Below, piece by piece: positions 1-9,933 of a DNA stretch of 64,000 nucleotides; within the stretch, counting starts at the first letter, position 1, and every line of letters starts with the position of its first letter. The notes beneath the pieces are model-generated. The model did not search any database and had not been told where the DNA came from. It saw only the letters and a list, made by a program, of their open reading frames with translations. Origin of the DNA: Rhodocyclaceae bacterium (GTDB lineage Bacteria > Pseudomonadota > Gammaproteobacteria > Burkholderiales > Rhodocyclaceae); NCBI GenBank assembly GCA_016718525.1, contig JADKDD010000002.1, positions 639,047 through 703,046 of the forward strand, in the 5' to 3' direction. Position numbers and translations under genes: made by a program.

Positions 1-45
1 GATAAAGGTTACGGCATCGTAGACCGCTCTGGTTGGGAAAGCGAG

Positions 46-534
46 ATGGACTTTTTTTTCAATGCAATCGCCGTGCCAAAACTCGGCAAAGACGCAATTT
101 TAGTCAGTAGCGAGAGTCGAGTTCACATAGACAGACAACTTAACCAGATACTTAGACGCAACAACGTGCCAACAAAAGCTCCGAGTGATGGGGTTGATTT
201 TGAGCATCAATGCGCATTAATGTTGGAGCAAAACGGTTGGTCGGTATCAACAACAAAAGCGTCCGGTGACCAAGGAGCCGACATAGTGGCGAGGATGGAC
301 AGCCTTTCGGTGGTTTTGCAATGCAAGTTATATTCAAAACCCGTTGGAAACGCTGCAGTTCAGGAAGCGTTTGCAGCTAAGTCCCATTACGGTACAAGGT
401 TTGCCGGGGTGGTCACCAAATCGAGTTATACAAAATCTGCAATGACGCTGGCGGCTTCCACTGAAGTCCTGTTGCTTCATTTCGAGGATTTGCCAAACCT
501 TCAAGCGATGTTGAGACCTATTGCGCGCAATTGA
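46..534 (+). CDS. Mrr-type restriction endonuclease domain protein (Mrr_cat-like)
   Basis: 162 aa. The GDQGADIVA...VVLQCK block matches the D-(D/E)xK core of Mrr/PF04471-type nucleases. No methylase or specificity partner is visible; the gene lies at the window edge. Confidence 0.6.
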   Translation: MDFFFNAIAVPKLGKDAILVSSESRVHIDRQLNQILRRNNVPTKAPSDGVDFEHQCALMLEQNGWSVSTTKASGDQGADIVARMDSLSVVLQCKLYSKPVGNAAVQEAFAAKSHYGTRFAGVVTKSSYTKSAMTLAASTEVLLLHFEDLPNLQAMLRPIARN

Positions 535-852
535 CTTGTGACACAGCCGACGTTTCTTCGGAAGTGTCAACCACCATACTGTGAGAACTATCTCAAACAT
601 CACATCACCAATGCGCTACAAGGGCATCTAATGGCTCGCTGGCATCCGAACAGGGCTATTCCTTGGCTATCCCTCTACAAGAGAGACTGAAGCGGCCTGC
701 GGTCATCCTGATGTCCCGGCAGTCAAATTACAATCAGCGCTACCGTAGCCGCTACATGAGATGCAAGCAGGTTGAACTAGCCGTTCCTCCTACTATGTTC
801 CTACCAATAGAAAAGCGGATTCCGGTAAATTCACTGGAACCCGCTTGAATAC

Positions 853-929
853 TGGTGGTGATGAGTGGACTTGAACCACCGACCCCCGGATTATGAATCC
901 GATGCTCTAACCGGCTGAGCTACATCACC
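853..929 (-). tRNA. tRNA-Met (anticodon CAU), elongator type
   Basis: The reverse complement GGTGATGTAGCTCAGCCGGTTAGAGCATCGGATTCATAATCCGGGGGTCGGTGGTTCAAGTCCACTCATCACCACCA folds as a cloverleaf. Acceptor is GGTGATG/CATCACC, D stem GCTC/GAGC, anticodon loop TTCATAA, T arm GGTGG/CCACT, with encoded CCA. It lacks the initiator features (C1:A72 mismatch, 3 G-C pairs in the anticodon stem). Ile2 (lysidine) identity is not fully excluded. Confidence 0.9.
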
Positions 930-1004
930 ATTGAGAAGGGGCGGAATTATCGTCGTCGCAGGCTTGCCTTGTCAAGGCAAGGTGCGCTGGGCGAGAATAC
1001 GGAC

Positions 1005-2171
1005 ATGGACGCAGATATCACAATTGTTGGTGGCGGGTTGGCGGGATTAGCGCTTGCGGTCGCACTGCGGAACGCACGTTTGAACGTTGTGTTGGTCGAG
1101 GGTCGCCCACCGGCGCGCAGTCAGAACGACGCTGATTGGGACAGCAGGCTGTACGCATTGAGCCCCGCCAATGCAAATTTTCTTGAGTCAATCGGGGTGT
1201 GGAAGCATGTGCCGGCCGAACGGCGATGCGGCGTGCAGGCGATGGAAATCTTTGGCGATGCCGGCAGCGAGTTGCATTTTTCCGCCTACGACAGTGGCGT
1301 TTCTGAATTGGCGTGGATCGTCGAGTCTTCGTTGTTGCAAAGCGAGTTATGGCTCTCGGCGCAACGTCAAGCCAATTTGAATTTGCTTTGCCCTGCGCGA
1401 CCGGCAAAGCTGGCAATAGGTGCTGAGACAGCGGTGCTGACGCTGGAAGATGGTCGCTCGATCAATTCGAAGCTGGTTGTAGCAGCAGACGGCGCTGATT
1501 CCTGGACGCGAACGGCGGCCGGCATTTCAGTTGAGTTTTACCCTTACGATCAACTTGGCGTCGTTGCCAATTTTTCCTGTGAAAAGCCACATCGAGACAC
1601 TGCGTTACAGTGGTTTCGTGAGGATGGGGTGCTGGCGTGGTTGCCATTGCCGGAGAATCGCATCTCGATGGTGTGGTCCACCGGGACTGAGCACGCAAAG
1701 GAGCTACTTGCGCTATCCGTTGATGAATTGGCGCGCGTGGTTGCCGAGGCCGGTAAATTTCGCCTTGGTGAACTTAGCCTTTTTGGCACGCCGGCTGGTT
1801 TCCCCTTGCGCTTGATGCGCGCACCGAAAATGGTACAACCACGCTTCGCACTGATAGGCGATGCGGCGCATACGATACATCCGCTTTCGGGACACGGTAT
1901 TAATCTGGGTTTCCAGGACGCTGCCGCGCTGGCCAGGCAGCTAGCCAGCAAACCAGAACATATTGATTGCGGCAATCTGCGACTGCTCCGCGCTTTTGAG
2001 CGCTCCCGTGCAGAGGATGTATTGGCGCTACAAACTGTAACCGATGCTTTGCATCACCTTTTTGGCGCGCCACAAGCACCATTGAAGCGATTAAGGAATT
2101 TTGGATTGAACTTTACCAACCAGTTGCCTGTCATAAAGGATGCGTTGGTCCGTTATGCCCTTGTCTCATAG
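1005..2171 (+). CDS. FAD-dependent ubiquinone-biosynthesis hydroxylase, UbiH/UbiF/VisC/COQ6 family
   Basis: N-terminal ITIVGGGLAGLALA Rossmann motif and C-terminal GDAAHTIHPLSGHGINLG motif typical of this family. The ATG at 1005 is preferred over the upstream alternative start at 969. Confidence 0.8.
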   Translation: MDADITIVGGGLAGLALAVALRNARLNVVLVEGRPPARSQNDADWDSRLYALSPANANFLESIGVWKHVPAERRCGVQAMEIFGDAGSELHFSAYDSGVSELAWIVESSLLQSELWLSAQRQANLNLLCPARPAKLAIGAETAVLTLEDGRSINSKLVVAADGADSWTRTAAGISVEFYPYDQLGVVANFSCEKPHRDTALQWFREDGVLAWLPLPENRISMVWSTGTEHAKELLALSVDELARVVAEAGKFRLGELSLFGTPAGFPLRLMRAPKMVQPRFALIGDAAHTIHPLSGHGINLGFQDAAALARQLASKPEHIDCGNLRLLRAFERSRAEDVLALQTVTDALHHLFGAPQAPLKRLRNFGLNFTNQLPVIKDALVRYALVS

Positions 2172-2244
2172 CTGACGCTTTTGACGCCAGCTGAATTATT
2201 CTGTGATTGACTGTTACTTAACCCATCCCACTTCCGGAGTCTCC

Positions 2245-2949
2245 ATGTTCAAAATCGTCGCCACCAGCCTCATTGCCGTCAGCTTGCTTCCCTCCTTTGC
2301 GCGGGCGGACGAGGCAGCGGTCAGGAAGTTGCTCGAAGGCAAAGCCGCAAAAATCGAGAAGGTCGTGAAATCTCCAGTGGCGGGCTTGTGGGAAGTCAGC
2401 GCAGACAATCAAGTGTTTTATGTCGACGACGCCGGCAAGTATTTGGTGGTCGGGAATCTGATTGAAGGCAAGAGCGGTCGCAACATCACCAACGAACGTC
2501 AATTCGCGATGCTGCCGCTGGAATTTGCGATGAAGCAGGTGCGCGGCGACGGCAAGCAAATGCTGGTGACGTTCGAAGATCCGAATTGCGGGTATTGCAA
2601 AAAACTGGCGAGGGACATGCAGCAACTCAAGAATGTCACCATTTACACCTTCCTTTACCCGGTCCTGGGTGATGACTCGGTAGAGAAGTCGAAGGCAATT
2701 TGGTGTTCGGCCGATAAAGCCAAGGCGTGGAATGATTGGATGATAAGCGGCAAAGCGCCGGCAGCGGCGTCGCCGAAGTGTGATTTGGCCGGACTGGAAA
2801 GATCAGCCGAGACCGGCCAACGGATGCGAGTTAACGGCACGCCAGCCATTTTCTTTGGCAATGGCGAGCGCGCTGGTGGCTATATACCGTTGCCGGAGAT
2901 CGAGAAACGCATGGCGGCTGTCGCCAATGCTACTGCCGGTGCAAACTGA
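2245..2949 (+). CDS. dsbC: Thiol:disulfide interchange protein DsbC
   Basis: Signal peptide (MFKIVATSLIAVSLLPSFARA), CGYC active site and a DsbC-like N-terminal dimerisation region. Start moved to the ATG at 2245. Confidence 0.8.
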   Translation: MFKIVATSLIAVSLLPSFARADEAAVRKLLEGKAAKIEKVVKSPVAGLWEVSADNQVFYVDDAGKYLVVGNLIEGKSGRNITNERQFAMLPLEFAMKQVRGDGKQMLVTFEDPNCGYCKKLARDMQQLKNVTIYTFLYPVLGDDSVEKSKAIWCSADKAKAWNDWMISGKAPAAASPKCDLAGLERSAETGQRMRVNGTPAIFFGNGERAGGYIPLPEIEKRMAAVANATAGAN

Positions 2950-2982
2950 ACATTTCTTCGTTAAGCTCCACCAAGACAAGCG

Positions 2983-4344
2983 TTACTTGGTACCACCATC
3001 CCTGCGCAGTGCATCGGGATTGAAGTCGGCTACCTTGCCCTTGGCATTGAACTTCACCACCGTTTTCAACTCGTTGTCCAAGCCACCGACAATGTAACCG
3101 CCGGTGTCCAGATCGTGCACCATGCCAAATCGATAACCGGGGAACGGCACATCGTAATACTGAACTTGCCCGAGTAAAGCCACGCGCCATAGATCGCCAC
3201 GTCCGGTATAGGTTTCCTCCATCAATACCGCCCAACTGTCTTCATCCAGGTAAAACGTTCTTTTTGCGTAGATATGCGACTGTCCGGGTTTGAGTGTCCC
3301 TTCGACAACCCACATCCTATGCAGTTCATAACGCATGTGCGCCGGGTTGACCGTGCCTTTTTGCACAATATCGGTGTATTTGAGCTTCTTGCTACCCATT
3401 TCGTAGGTGTTATAGGGAACAAATAGTTCCCGCTTGCCGACCAACTTCCAATCGTAACGATCCGGTGCTCCGTTGTAGCCGTCCACCTGATCCGTCGTGA
3501 TCAGCCCTTCGGACCCATCATTAATGCCGTCATAGCCGAGGTCTGGCGCTCGTCGAACTCGCCTCGCACCGGCGTTATAGATCCATGCCGAGCGCTTTTC
3601 AGCCACCTGATCAATTGGCTCATGGACGAGAAACGTCGTGCCCTTCAAACTCGCTGGCTCGATGAAGGAGCCTTTTGCACTGTACAAGCGATTCGGCGTC
3701 TGAACGTCCATGTTTTGGTCATAAATCCGGAATGCATGGAAACCAATTTTGTAGGTGTCGCCATTCGGACGCACAGGGAATGAATGTCCTAAACGTTCAA
3801 CCCCACCACCGGTGTAACGCAGTATGTGATTCCACATCGCCTCGAGACCATTTTTTGGAATCGGAAAAGGAACAGTGGATCCACCCAGATTGGTTACCCC
3901 GAATCCCTGAAGATCGACCTGGGTGGCTTGCGCTTTAACGTTGTCGGTGATTTCCTTTGGCAGCGCTGCCGTGCGATGCGTCGGGTAAACCGGCATGCGG
4001 AAATTCGGGTTCCGCTTCAGTAATGCGGTGACGCCCGGCGCGAGTCCTTCACGGTATTGTTCGTAGTTTTGCGCCGTGATCGTAAATCGCGGCGTTTCGC
4101 CCTCAAACGGATTGGCATATCCCTCTTCGCGGTTCCAGCCGGCTGGTGGCTTGGTCATCCCGCCGGTCCAGGCAGGAATGCTGCCAGCAGCGTTGCCCGC
4201 CTTTTCGGCGCCCACTGGGGTCAAGTCTTTGCCCAATCGCTCCGCATCTGCCGCCGACAACCTGGCGTTCGCGCTGCCAGCCAAAACTACCGCGACCACC
4301 AACGTCGTTGTACGTCGCAAAACATTCCACGCAACTTTCGTCAT
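2983..4344 (-). CDS. DUF1329 family periplasmic/outer-membrane-associated protein (LolA-like fold)
   Basis: 453 aa with a signal peptide. The N-terminal AADAERLGKDLTPVGAEKAGNAAGSIPAWTGG pattern is recognised from DUF1329 proteins. The usual DUF1302 partner is not adjacent. Confidence 0.65.
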   Translation of the reverse strand: MTKVAWNVLRRTTTLVVAVVLAGSANARLSAADAERLGKDLTPVGAEKAGNAAGSIPAWTGGMTKPPAGWNREEGYANPFEGETPRFTITAQNYEQYREGLAPGVTALLKRNPNFRMPVYPTHRTAALPKEITDNVKAQATQVDLQGFGVTNLGGSTVPFPIPKNGLEAMWNHILRYTGGGVERLGHSFPVRPNGDTYKIGFHAFRIYDQNMDVQTPNRLYSAKGSFIEPASLKGTTFLVHEPIDQVAEKRSAWIYNAGARRVRRAPDLGYDGINDGSEGLITTDQVDGYNGAPDRYDWKLVGKRELFVPYNTYEMGSKKLKYTDIVQKGTVNPAHMRYELHRMWVVEGTLKPGQSHIYAKRTFYLDEDSWAVLMEETYTGRGDLWRVALLGQVQYYDVPFPGYRFGMVHDLDTGGYIVGGLDNELKTVVKFNAKGKVADFNPDALRRDGGTK

Positions 4345-4512
4345 GCCTCTCTCCGGTTTATTCGCTACGTCGCCGTGCCACGAACGAACTATTGTGAATT
4401 GAGTTTAGCATTGGACAAAGCGAACGGCCGAAGGAAGCGAATGCAAGTTGAAACGCAAAGTAAGCGCGGCAACAATCATCGGTTGCGGCAAACAGGAGAT
4501 CGGTCGGTCTGT

Positions 4513-5976
4513 CTAACTGCCATCGCGGACCACGCGACAGGATTCAATATCAAACACGACCTTGCCGATGGTCAGCACGGTTTGATCACGAAAACCATTA
4601 ACGAAATTAAGGAATCGTTCGACATCGGCAAAATTACTGGCGATCCCGGTCGACACCCGAATTGCCCCCGCGCTCTTGCCGCCGCGATCCTGCATCACAT
4701 GCAGGAAGCGCTGCAAATTCACTTCAGTGCCAAGCTCGCTGATTCCGGCACGCATGTCAGCTTCATTCAAATCCTCCGCCGTCTCGCCCGCGCCGGGGTT
4801 GCAAAAGCACCCAGTGCGCAGCGAGATCCGCGCTTCGCCGGCAAGTTCCTCAATGCGCCGGTAGTCGATCAAATGACCGTTCGGGTCATAGAAGTTCATC
4901 GTTACCGTGCCACCACGCATCGTCGTATTGGCCGGGCCATACAACCGCACCATCGCTCTGCCGTTGCTATGCTGCATCTCCATCAGGCGCGTGAGCAGCC
5001 AGTCGGTTAAGCAATTGACGCGCTTTTGTATGGTCTCGATGCCAACACGCCGAAGATGTCTGAGGCCAATCCCTACTGCCGGAATGCTCATGTAATTGAG
5101 TGTCCCGTCTTCAAACCCGGCCTCGCCTTTGGACAGCACATGCATTTGCCCCTGCACCGTAGCGAAATTGACGGTGCCGCCACCGAACCACGGACGCCGC
5201 AATTTCTCCAGCGTTTCATTTCGCACCAACAGGCAACCAACACCGGTTGGATAACCAAACATTTTGTAAAACGACACAGTTACAAAGTCAGGCGAAGCGG
5301 TGCGCAAATCCAGGTGATTGGTCGGCACAAATGCGGCCGCATCGAGCAACACTTTCCAGCCCAGCCTGCGCGCCTGTTCGATCAAGGTCAGCGGATGTTT
5401 GACACCGGAGAAATTCGACTGTGCGGGGAAGGCCAACAAATTGTTCTGCGCAGGGTCTGCTTGCGCCAGCAATTCCACCATCGCTGTCATGTCTATGCGC
5501 AGGTCGGGCCGTGTGAGCGGCGCATAGGCAACGGTTGCACCTTTGGTTAGCGCGAACTCGCGAATGCCGTTCACCGAATTGTGATTGTCAGCCGTCATTA
5601 GCAGCCTGCTTTGCGACGAAAACGGGAACGACTCACCTACCAGCTTCAATGCGGCTGAGGCATTTTGTGTAAAGATCGCCGTGTATTCGCCAACCGCATT
5701 GAAGTGTTCAAGCACGGCATAGCGCGCCTGCTCGACGCCGCGCGTGGCTTCGGTGGAACTCGGGCTAGCGGAATGCGGATTGCCCAAAATCTGCTCGCTC
5801 AGCAAACCCGCATGTTGTCGAATTTGACTTGCCGCGTGCAGCCCCGCACCGGTGTAATCCAGATAAACCTGATCCTGCGCATCCAGCCGGCCGTATTCCG
5901 TAGCGCGCAGATCGTCGAGCGCACTGGTGAGCGCATACTCCGGATATCGGCCTGAAAATTGCTCGAAAGACGTCAT
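4513..5976 (-). CDS. Class V-fold PLP-dependent aminotransferase/desulfurase-like enzyme (molybdenum cofactor sulfurase N-domain-like)
   Basis: 487 aa. The start (YPEYALTSALDDLRATEYGRLD...VYLDYTGAG) and the FYKMFGYPTGVG lysine motif resemble the NifS-like domain of MOCOS/ABA3-type proteins. Confidence 0.7.
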   Translation of the reverse strand: MTSFEQFSGRYPEYALTSALDDLRATEYGRLDAQDQVYLDYTGAGLHAASQIRQHAGLLSEQILGNPHSASPSSTEATRGVEQARYAVLEHFNAVGEYTAIFTQNASAALKLVGESFPFSSQSRLLMTADNHNSVNGIREFALTKGATVAYAPLTRPDLRIDMTAMVELLAQADPAQNNLLAFPAQSNFSGVKHPLTLIEQARRLGWKVLLDAAAFVPTNHLDLRTASPDFVTVSFYKMFGYPTGVGCLLVRNETLEKLRRPWFGGGTVNFATVQGQMHVLSKGEAGFEDGTLNYMSIPAVGIGLRHLRRVGIETIQKRVNCLTDWLLTRLMEMQHSNGRAMVRLYGPANTTMRGGTVTMNFYDPNGHLIDYRRIEELAGEARISLRTGCFCNPGAGETAEDLNEADMRAGISELGTEVNLQRFLHVMQDRGGKSAGAIRVSTGIASNFADVERFLNFVNGFRDQTVLTIGKVVFDIESCRVVRDGS

Positions 5977-6016
5977 CGTTTTGTCAATGGCTCACCCGTG
6001 TCAAAAGCGCGTTGCC

Positions 6017-7990
6017 CTAAGGCGAGATGATCGGAAAAGTCTCCGGCGGCTTATCAAGCAAACCGAAGAAACTGACCAGATCGAGCTTGCTGCCGCTGAC
6101 TTTTAGTTCATCGCTGGTCAGCATTTCTGAAATGCCTGCCGTGCCCAGCATCATCTTGAGGAAGATGCCTTTGGTCAGCGCAATGCCGGCATTGGCATCT
6201 TTGGCTGGCGGCGCCTTGCGAAAATGCAGTACCGCGTTTTCAATCCACAGCACATAGTTTTCCTTGAGGTCAGTGAATTCCAGATTGATTTTGAGATTCT
6301 TACCCTCGGCCTTGGCGCCATTCAGACTTGCCGCCCACGCCTGCAAAAAACTTTCCGGATCGGTCCAGGCCAGCATATCCGTCGCCATTTTCACGTTCGA
6401 GCCACGCCCCATCACTCCTGTTCGTAACTCCTGCGCGCCGGTGAGATAGAAATTGCGCCAGATCGCCGACTCGGCCATGTAACCCATCTGGTCGTAGCTT
6501 CTTGCCAACAACTCGCGCGCCGCCTTGTGGTCCGGTTGGGCAAACACCACATGATTCAACAGCTCGGCAACCCATCGATAATCGCCCTTGTCAAAGGCCG
6601 CCTGCGCAGCGCCGACTGCCTTGTCGGCGCCACCCATCAGTTCAACATAGCGTTTGGCCGCATCTGCTCGAGGCAACAAATCGAGGTTCGCCGGATTACC
6701 GTCGAACCAACCGATATAGAACTGGTAAACCGCGCGCGAGTCGTGCTTGAGCGTGCCGTAATAGCCGTGAACTGCAAAGCTGTCATTGAGCGATTTCGGC
6801 AGTTTGATTTCTTCGGCGATTTCATTGGGTTTCATGCCCTTGTTGATCATCCGCACCGTTTGGTCGTGGATGAACTTGTAAACATCACGCTGTTCTTTCA
6901 TGAACTTGGTGATATTCGCATTACCCCATACCGGCCACAAATGGCTGGCAAAGAAAACCTCGGCATCACCGAAACGCACCAGTGCGTCGTCGATGTATCC
7001 CGACCAGCGCAACGAGTCACGCACCTTGGCGCCACGCAAGGTGTATAAGTTGTGCAGTGTCGGCACCATAATTTCGGCACCGCAATAGGCCTTCATGTCC
7101 GGCAGATAAAACGCCAACTCGGCCGGGGCTTCCGAGCCCGGTGCGTTTTGAAAAATGAACCGCACGCCATCGAGCGTCATCTCTTGCGGTGTACGATCGA
7201 CAATGATCGTCGGCGGCAGAATTCCAACGTTACCTGCTGCCACGCTTTTACCTAAACCTGAATTCACCAAGCCTTGTTTGGAAGCTGGCAGCAGATTGCC
7301 GAACTGCCACGTTGCGCGTCGCCCCATCGCCGGGCCGACCAGAATATTTTCACTGGTCGATTCCTCCATGAATCCTTTGGGCGCGACAATCGGCAGCTTT
7401 TGCTTGGCCGCATCCTCGCCGGAAATGATGCCGAGCGCACCGCCGAAATGATCGACATGGCTGTGCGTGAAGATCATCGCCGTCACCGGCTTGTCGCCCA
7501 AATGTTTACGCGCAAACGCCAAGGCCGCCGCTGCCGTTTCGCGCGTGGTCAAAGGATCGACCAGAATCCAGCCGGTCTTGCCGTCAATCAGCGTGATGTT
7601 GGCAATATCAAATCCGCGCAGTTGATGTATGCCTTCCGCAACCTTGAATAGGCCGGCTTCATTGTTCAGCGTCGCATGTCGCCACAAGCTGGGATTAACC
7701 GATGGCGGCGCCTCGCCCTGGATAAAAGCAAAGCGATCGTAGTCCCACACCGTACTGCCATCCGCAGCCAAAACTTTGCCGGTTGGTTTGGCAATCAGTC
7801 CGCGCCTGGCATCTTCAAATCCTTGTTGTTCAGCAAGGTTCAGCGACTTGCCGAACGAAGCATTGCTGGCGACCGTTGTCGCCGTCGCGTCACCCGACGG
7901 TGCCGCAGGCGGTACCTCTTTACTGCATGCCGCCAGCAAGGCAACAATGCAGAGCAAGTACCGCGATCGAAACATTGATGTCTGTTTCAT
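6017..7990 (-). CDS. Alkyl/aryl-sulfatase, metallo-beta-lactamase fold (SdsA1/YjcS/BDS1 family), lipoprotein
   Basis: HSHVDHFGG MBL motif, dimerisation domain and C-terminal SCP2-like domain. Lipobox LLAAC follows MKQTSMF. An RBS (GGAGAG) precedes the ATG at 7990. Confidence 0.8.
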   Translation of the reverse strand: MKQTSMFRSRYLLCIVALLAACSKEVPPAAPSGDATATTVASNASFGKSLNLAEQQGFEDARRGLIAKPTGKVLAADGSTVWDYDRFAFIQGEAPPSVNPSLWRHATLNNEAGLFKVAEGIHQLRGFDIANITLIDGKTGWILVDPLTTRETAAAALAFARKHLGDKPVTAMIFTHSHVDHFGGALGIISGEDAAKQKLPIVAPKGFMEESTSENILVGPAMGRRATWQFGNLLPASKQGLVNSGLGKSVAAGNVGILPPTIIVDRTPQEMTLDGVRFIFQNAPGSEAPAELAFYLPDMKAYCGAEIMVPTLHNLYTLRGAKVRDSLRWSGYIDDALVRFGDAEVFFASHLWPVWGNANITKFMKEQRDVYKFIHDQTVRMINKGMKPNEIAEEIKLPKSLNDSFAVHGYYGTLKHDSRAVYQFYIGWFDGNPANLDLLPRADAAKRYVELMGGADKAVGAAQAAFDKGDYRWVAELLNHVVFAQPDHKAARELLARSYDQMGYMAESAIWRNFYLTGAQELRTGVMGRGSNVKMATDMLAWTDPESFLQAWAASLNGAKAEGKNLKINLEFTDLKENYVLWIENAVLHFRKAPPAKDANAGIALTKGIFLKMMLGTAGISEMLTSDELKVSGSKLDLVSFFGLLDKPPETFPIISP

Positions 7991-8062
7991 GAGAACTCTC
8001 CTGTCGTCGATGACGTTTGACGAGAGCGGCATTGTCGCACTGGAGCGCCAATGATGATTGGT

Positions 8063-8090
8063 TCAACGGCGTCCCGCCAGCACCAACTGG
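8063..8090 (+). repeat. Copy E of the bipartite 28-nt motif (TCAACGGCGTCCCGCCAGCACCAACTGG)
   Basis: Intergenic, between the alkylsulfatase and acyl-CoA dehydrogenase genes. Contains both conserved blocks, AACGGCGT and AGCACCAACT. Confidence 0.6.
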
Positions 8091-8106
8091 CGAATCTCCC
8101 GCAGCA

Positions 8107-9930
8107 TCAGCTAAACGCGAAGTGCTCCTTGTCCATCTGCATTACGGACCTCGTCGGTGCCAAGGCGCCCTTGCGGTGACCATCGGCACGCGGCAGCAGG
8201 CGCTCAAAATAGAACTCGGCGGTCTGGATTTTTGCTCGGTAAAACTCGACTGACTCAGCGCCCTTGCCGCTGTCGATCAGTTCTTGCGCCTTGGCTGCTT
8301 GCAGTGCCCAGAAGTAGGCGACCATGACGAAGCCGGAGTACATCAGGTAATCAACGCTGGCCGAACCGACCAACTCGCGGTCTTTGGCGGCGCGCAGCAT
8401 GATGCGGGTGGTGAGCATGTTCCACTGCACGGCGCGCGCAACCAGCGTGCGGGACATTTTGCCGAGCGGGCCGCCGGCGAACAAATTGCCACGCGCAAAG
8501 CGCCACATGATGCCGGTGAAATCTCGCACGCATTTTCCGCGCGTGCCAAGCAGAACTTTGCGGCCGAGCAAGTCCAGGGCCTGTATGCCGGTGGTGCCTT
8601 CGTAGAGCGTGCTGATGCGTGCGTCGCGGGCGATGTGTTCCATTCCGTTGGAATGAATGTAGCCGTGGCCGCCAAACACCTGCATGCCCAGGTTGGCCGC
8701 TTCCAAACCCATTTCGGTGAGGAATCCTTTGAGGATCGGCGTGTAAAAACCCAAACGACTATCGTAGTCCTCGTACTTTTTGGTATCGCCCTCGAGCACG
8801 GCGTTGAACATGTTGTCGGCGATTTGGGAGGCAGCATAAATCATGGCGCGGCCGCCTTCGGCAATCGCTTTTTGGGTGAGCAGCATGCGCCTTACATCCG
8901 GATGCCATATCAGTGCGTCGGCGGCAAACTCCGGGTCTTTCTTGCCACTGAGTGCGCGCATCGAACGACGCTCTTTGGCATAGGGCAATGCGCCCTGAAA
9001 CGAGGCTTCGGCCTGGGCCACGCCTTGAATTGCTGTTCCGATACGGGCGGTGTTCATGAAAGTGAACATCGCTTCCAATCCCTTGTTCGGCTCGGCGATC
9101 AGATACCCCACCGCTTCGTCAAAATTGAGCACCGCCGTGGCTGAAGCGCGGATACCCATCTTGTGTTCGATCGAGCCACAATTCACCGGGTTACGCGCGC
9201 CCAGGCTGCCGTCGGCATTGACCAATACCTTGGGCACAATGAACAGGGAAATGCCTTTGGTCCCGGCAGGCGCCCCGGGCAGACGGGCCAGCACGATATG
9301 AATGATGTTTTCGGTCAGATCGTGATCTCCGGAAGAGATGTAAATCTTGGTACCGGTCAGTTTGTAGGTGCCATCGGCTTGCGGTTCGGCACGGGTCCGG
9401 ACTTGCGCCAGATCGGTTCCACATTGGGCTTCGGTCAGACACATCGTACCGGCCCACTGGCCGGAAACCATGGTCGGTAAATACTGCTGCTTTTGTGCTT
9501 CGGTGCCGTATTGCATGATGGTGTTGATTGCACCGATCGATAAACCCGGGTACATGTTGAACGACCAATTTGCGGTGCCCATCATTTCCGACTTGAACAC
9601 ATTCACCGACATTGGCAAACCTTGCCCGCCAAATTCCGTGGGAAACGACAAGCTCTGCCAGCCACCCTCAGTGAATTGTTGATAGGCTTCCTTGAACCCC
9701 TTCGGCGTGGTGACGACACCGTCTTTGAATTGACAACCTTCGTCGTCGCCGGACAAACTCAGCGGCGCCAGCACTTCTTCACAAAGCGTCGCGGCGCCTT
9801 CCAGAATCGCCTCGACCATATCCGGCGTGGCATCTTTGCCGTTAGACAGACTGGCGTAGTGCGACGAGTAATCGAGCACTTCATTGATCAGAAAGCGCAT
9901 ATCGCGCAGCGGGGCTTTGTAAGTTGGCAT
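8107..9930 (-). CDS. Long-type acyl-CoA dehydrogenase (about 600 aa, FadE/AcdA-like with C-terminal extension)
   Basis: 607 aa. N-terminus MPTYKAPLRDMRFLINEVLDY is typical of this ACAD subfamily, and the ACAD N/M/C domains are recognisable. Confidence 0.85.
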   Translation of the reverse strand: MPTYKAPLRDMRFLINEVLDYSSHYASLSNGKDATPDMVEAILEGAATLCEEVLAPLSLSGDDEGCQFKDGVVTTPKGFKEAYQQFTEGGWQSLSFPTEFGGQGLPMSVNVFKSEMMGTANWSFNMYPGLSIGAINTIMQYGTEAQKQQYLPTMVSGQWAGTMCLTEAQCGTDLAQVRTRAEPQADGTYKLTGTKIYISSGDHDLTENIIHIVLARLPGAPAGTKGISLFIVPKVLVNADGSLGARNPVNCGSIEHKMGIRASATAVLNFDEAVGYLIAEPNKGLEAMFTFMNTARIGTAIQGVAQAEASFQGALPYAKERRSMRALSGKKDPEFAADALIWHPDVRRMLLTQKAIAEGGRAMIYAASQIADNMFNAVLEGDTKKYEDYDSRLGFYTPILKGFLTEMGLEAANLGMQVFGGHGYIHSNGMEHIARDARISTLYEGTTGIQALDLLGRKVLLGTRGKCVRDFTGIMWRFARGNLFAGGPLGKMSRTLVARAVQWNMLTTRIMLRAAKDRELVGSASVDYLMYSGFVMVAYFWALQAAKAQELIDSGKGAESVEFYRAKIQTAEFYFERLLPRADGHRKGALAPTRSVMQMDKEHFAFS

Positions 9931-9933
9931 TAA

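Noticed and set aside
663-848. 61-aa ORF between the Mrr-like gene and the tRNA.
   Set aside because: No RBS or family resemblance, and it ends only 5 nt before the tRNA gene. It is probably non-coding.
853-929. Alternative identity of the CAU tRNA as initiator fMet or lysidine-modified Ile2.
   Set aside because: It has no C1:A72 mismatch and no GGG/CCC anticodon stem, so it is not an initiator. The acceptor stem lacks the C4-G69/G5-C68 pairs associated with TilS recognition in E. coli, so Ile2 is unlikely. Elongator Met is kept, with some residual uncertainty.
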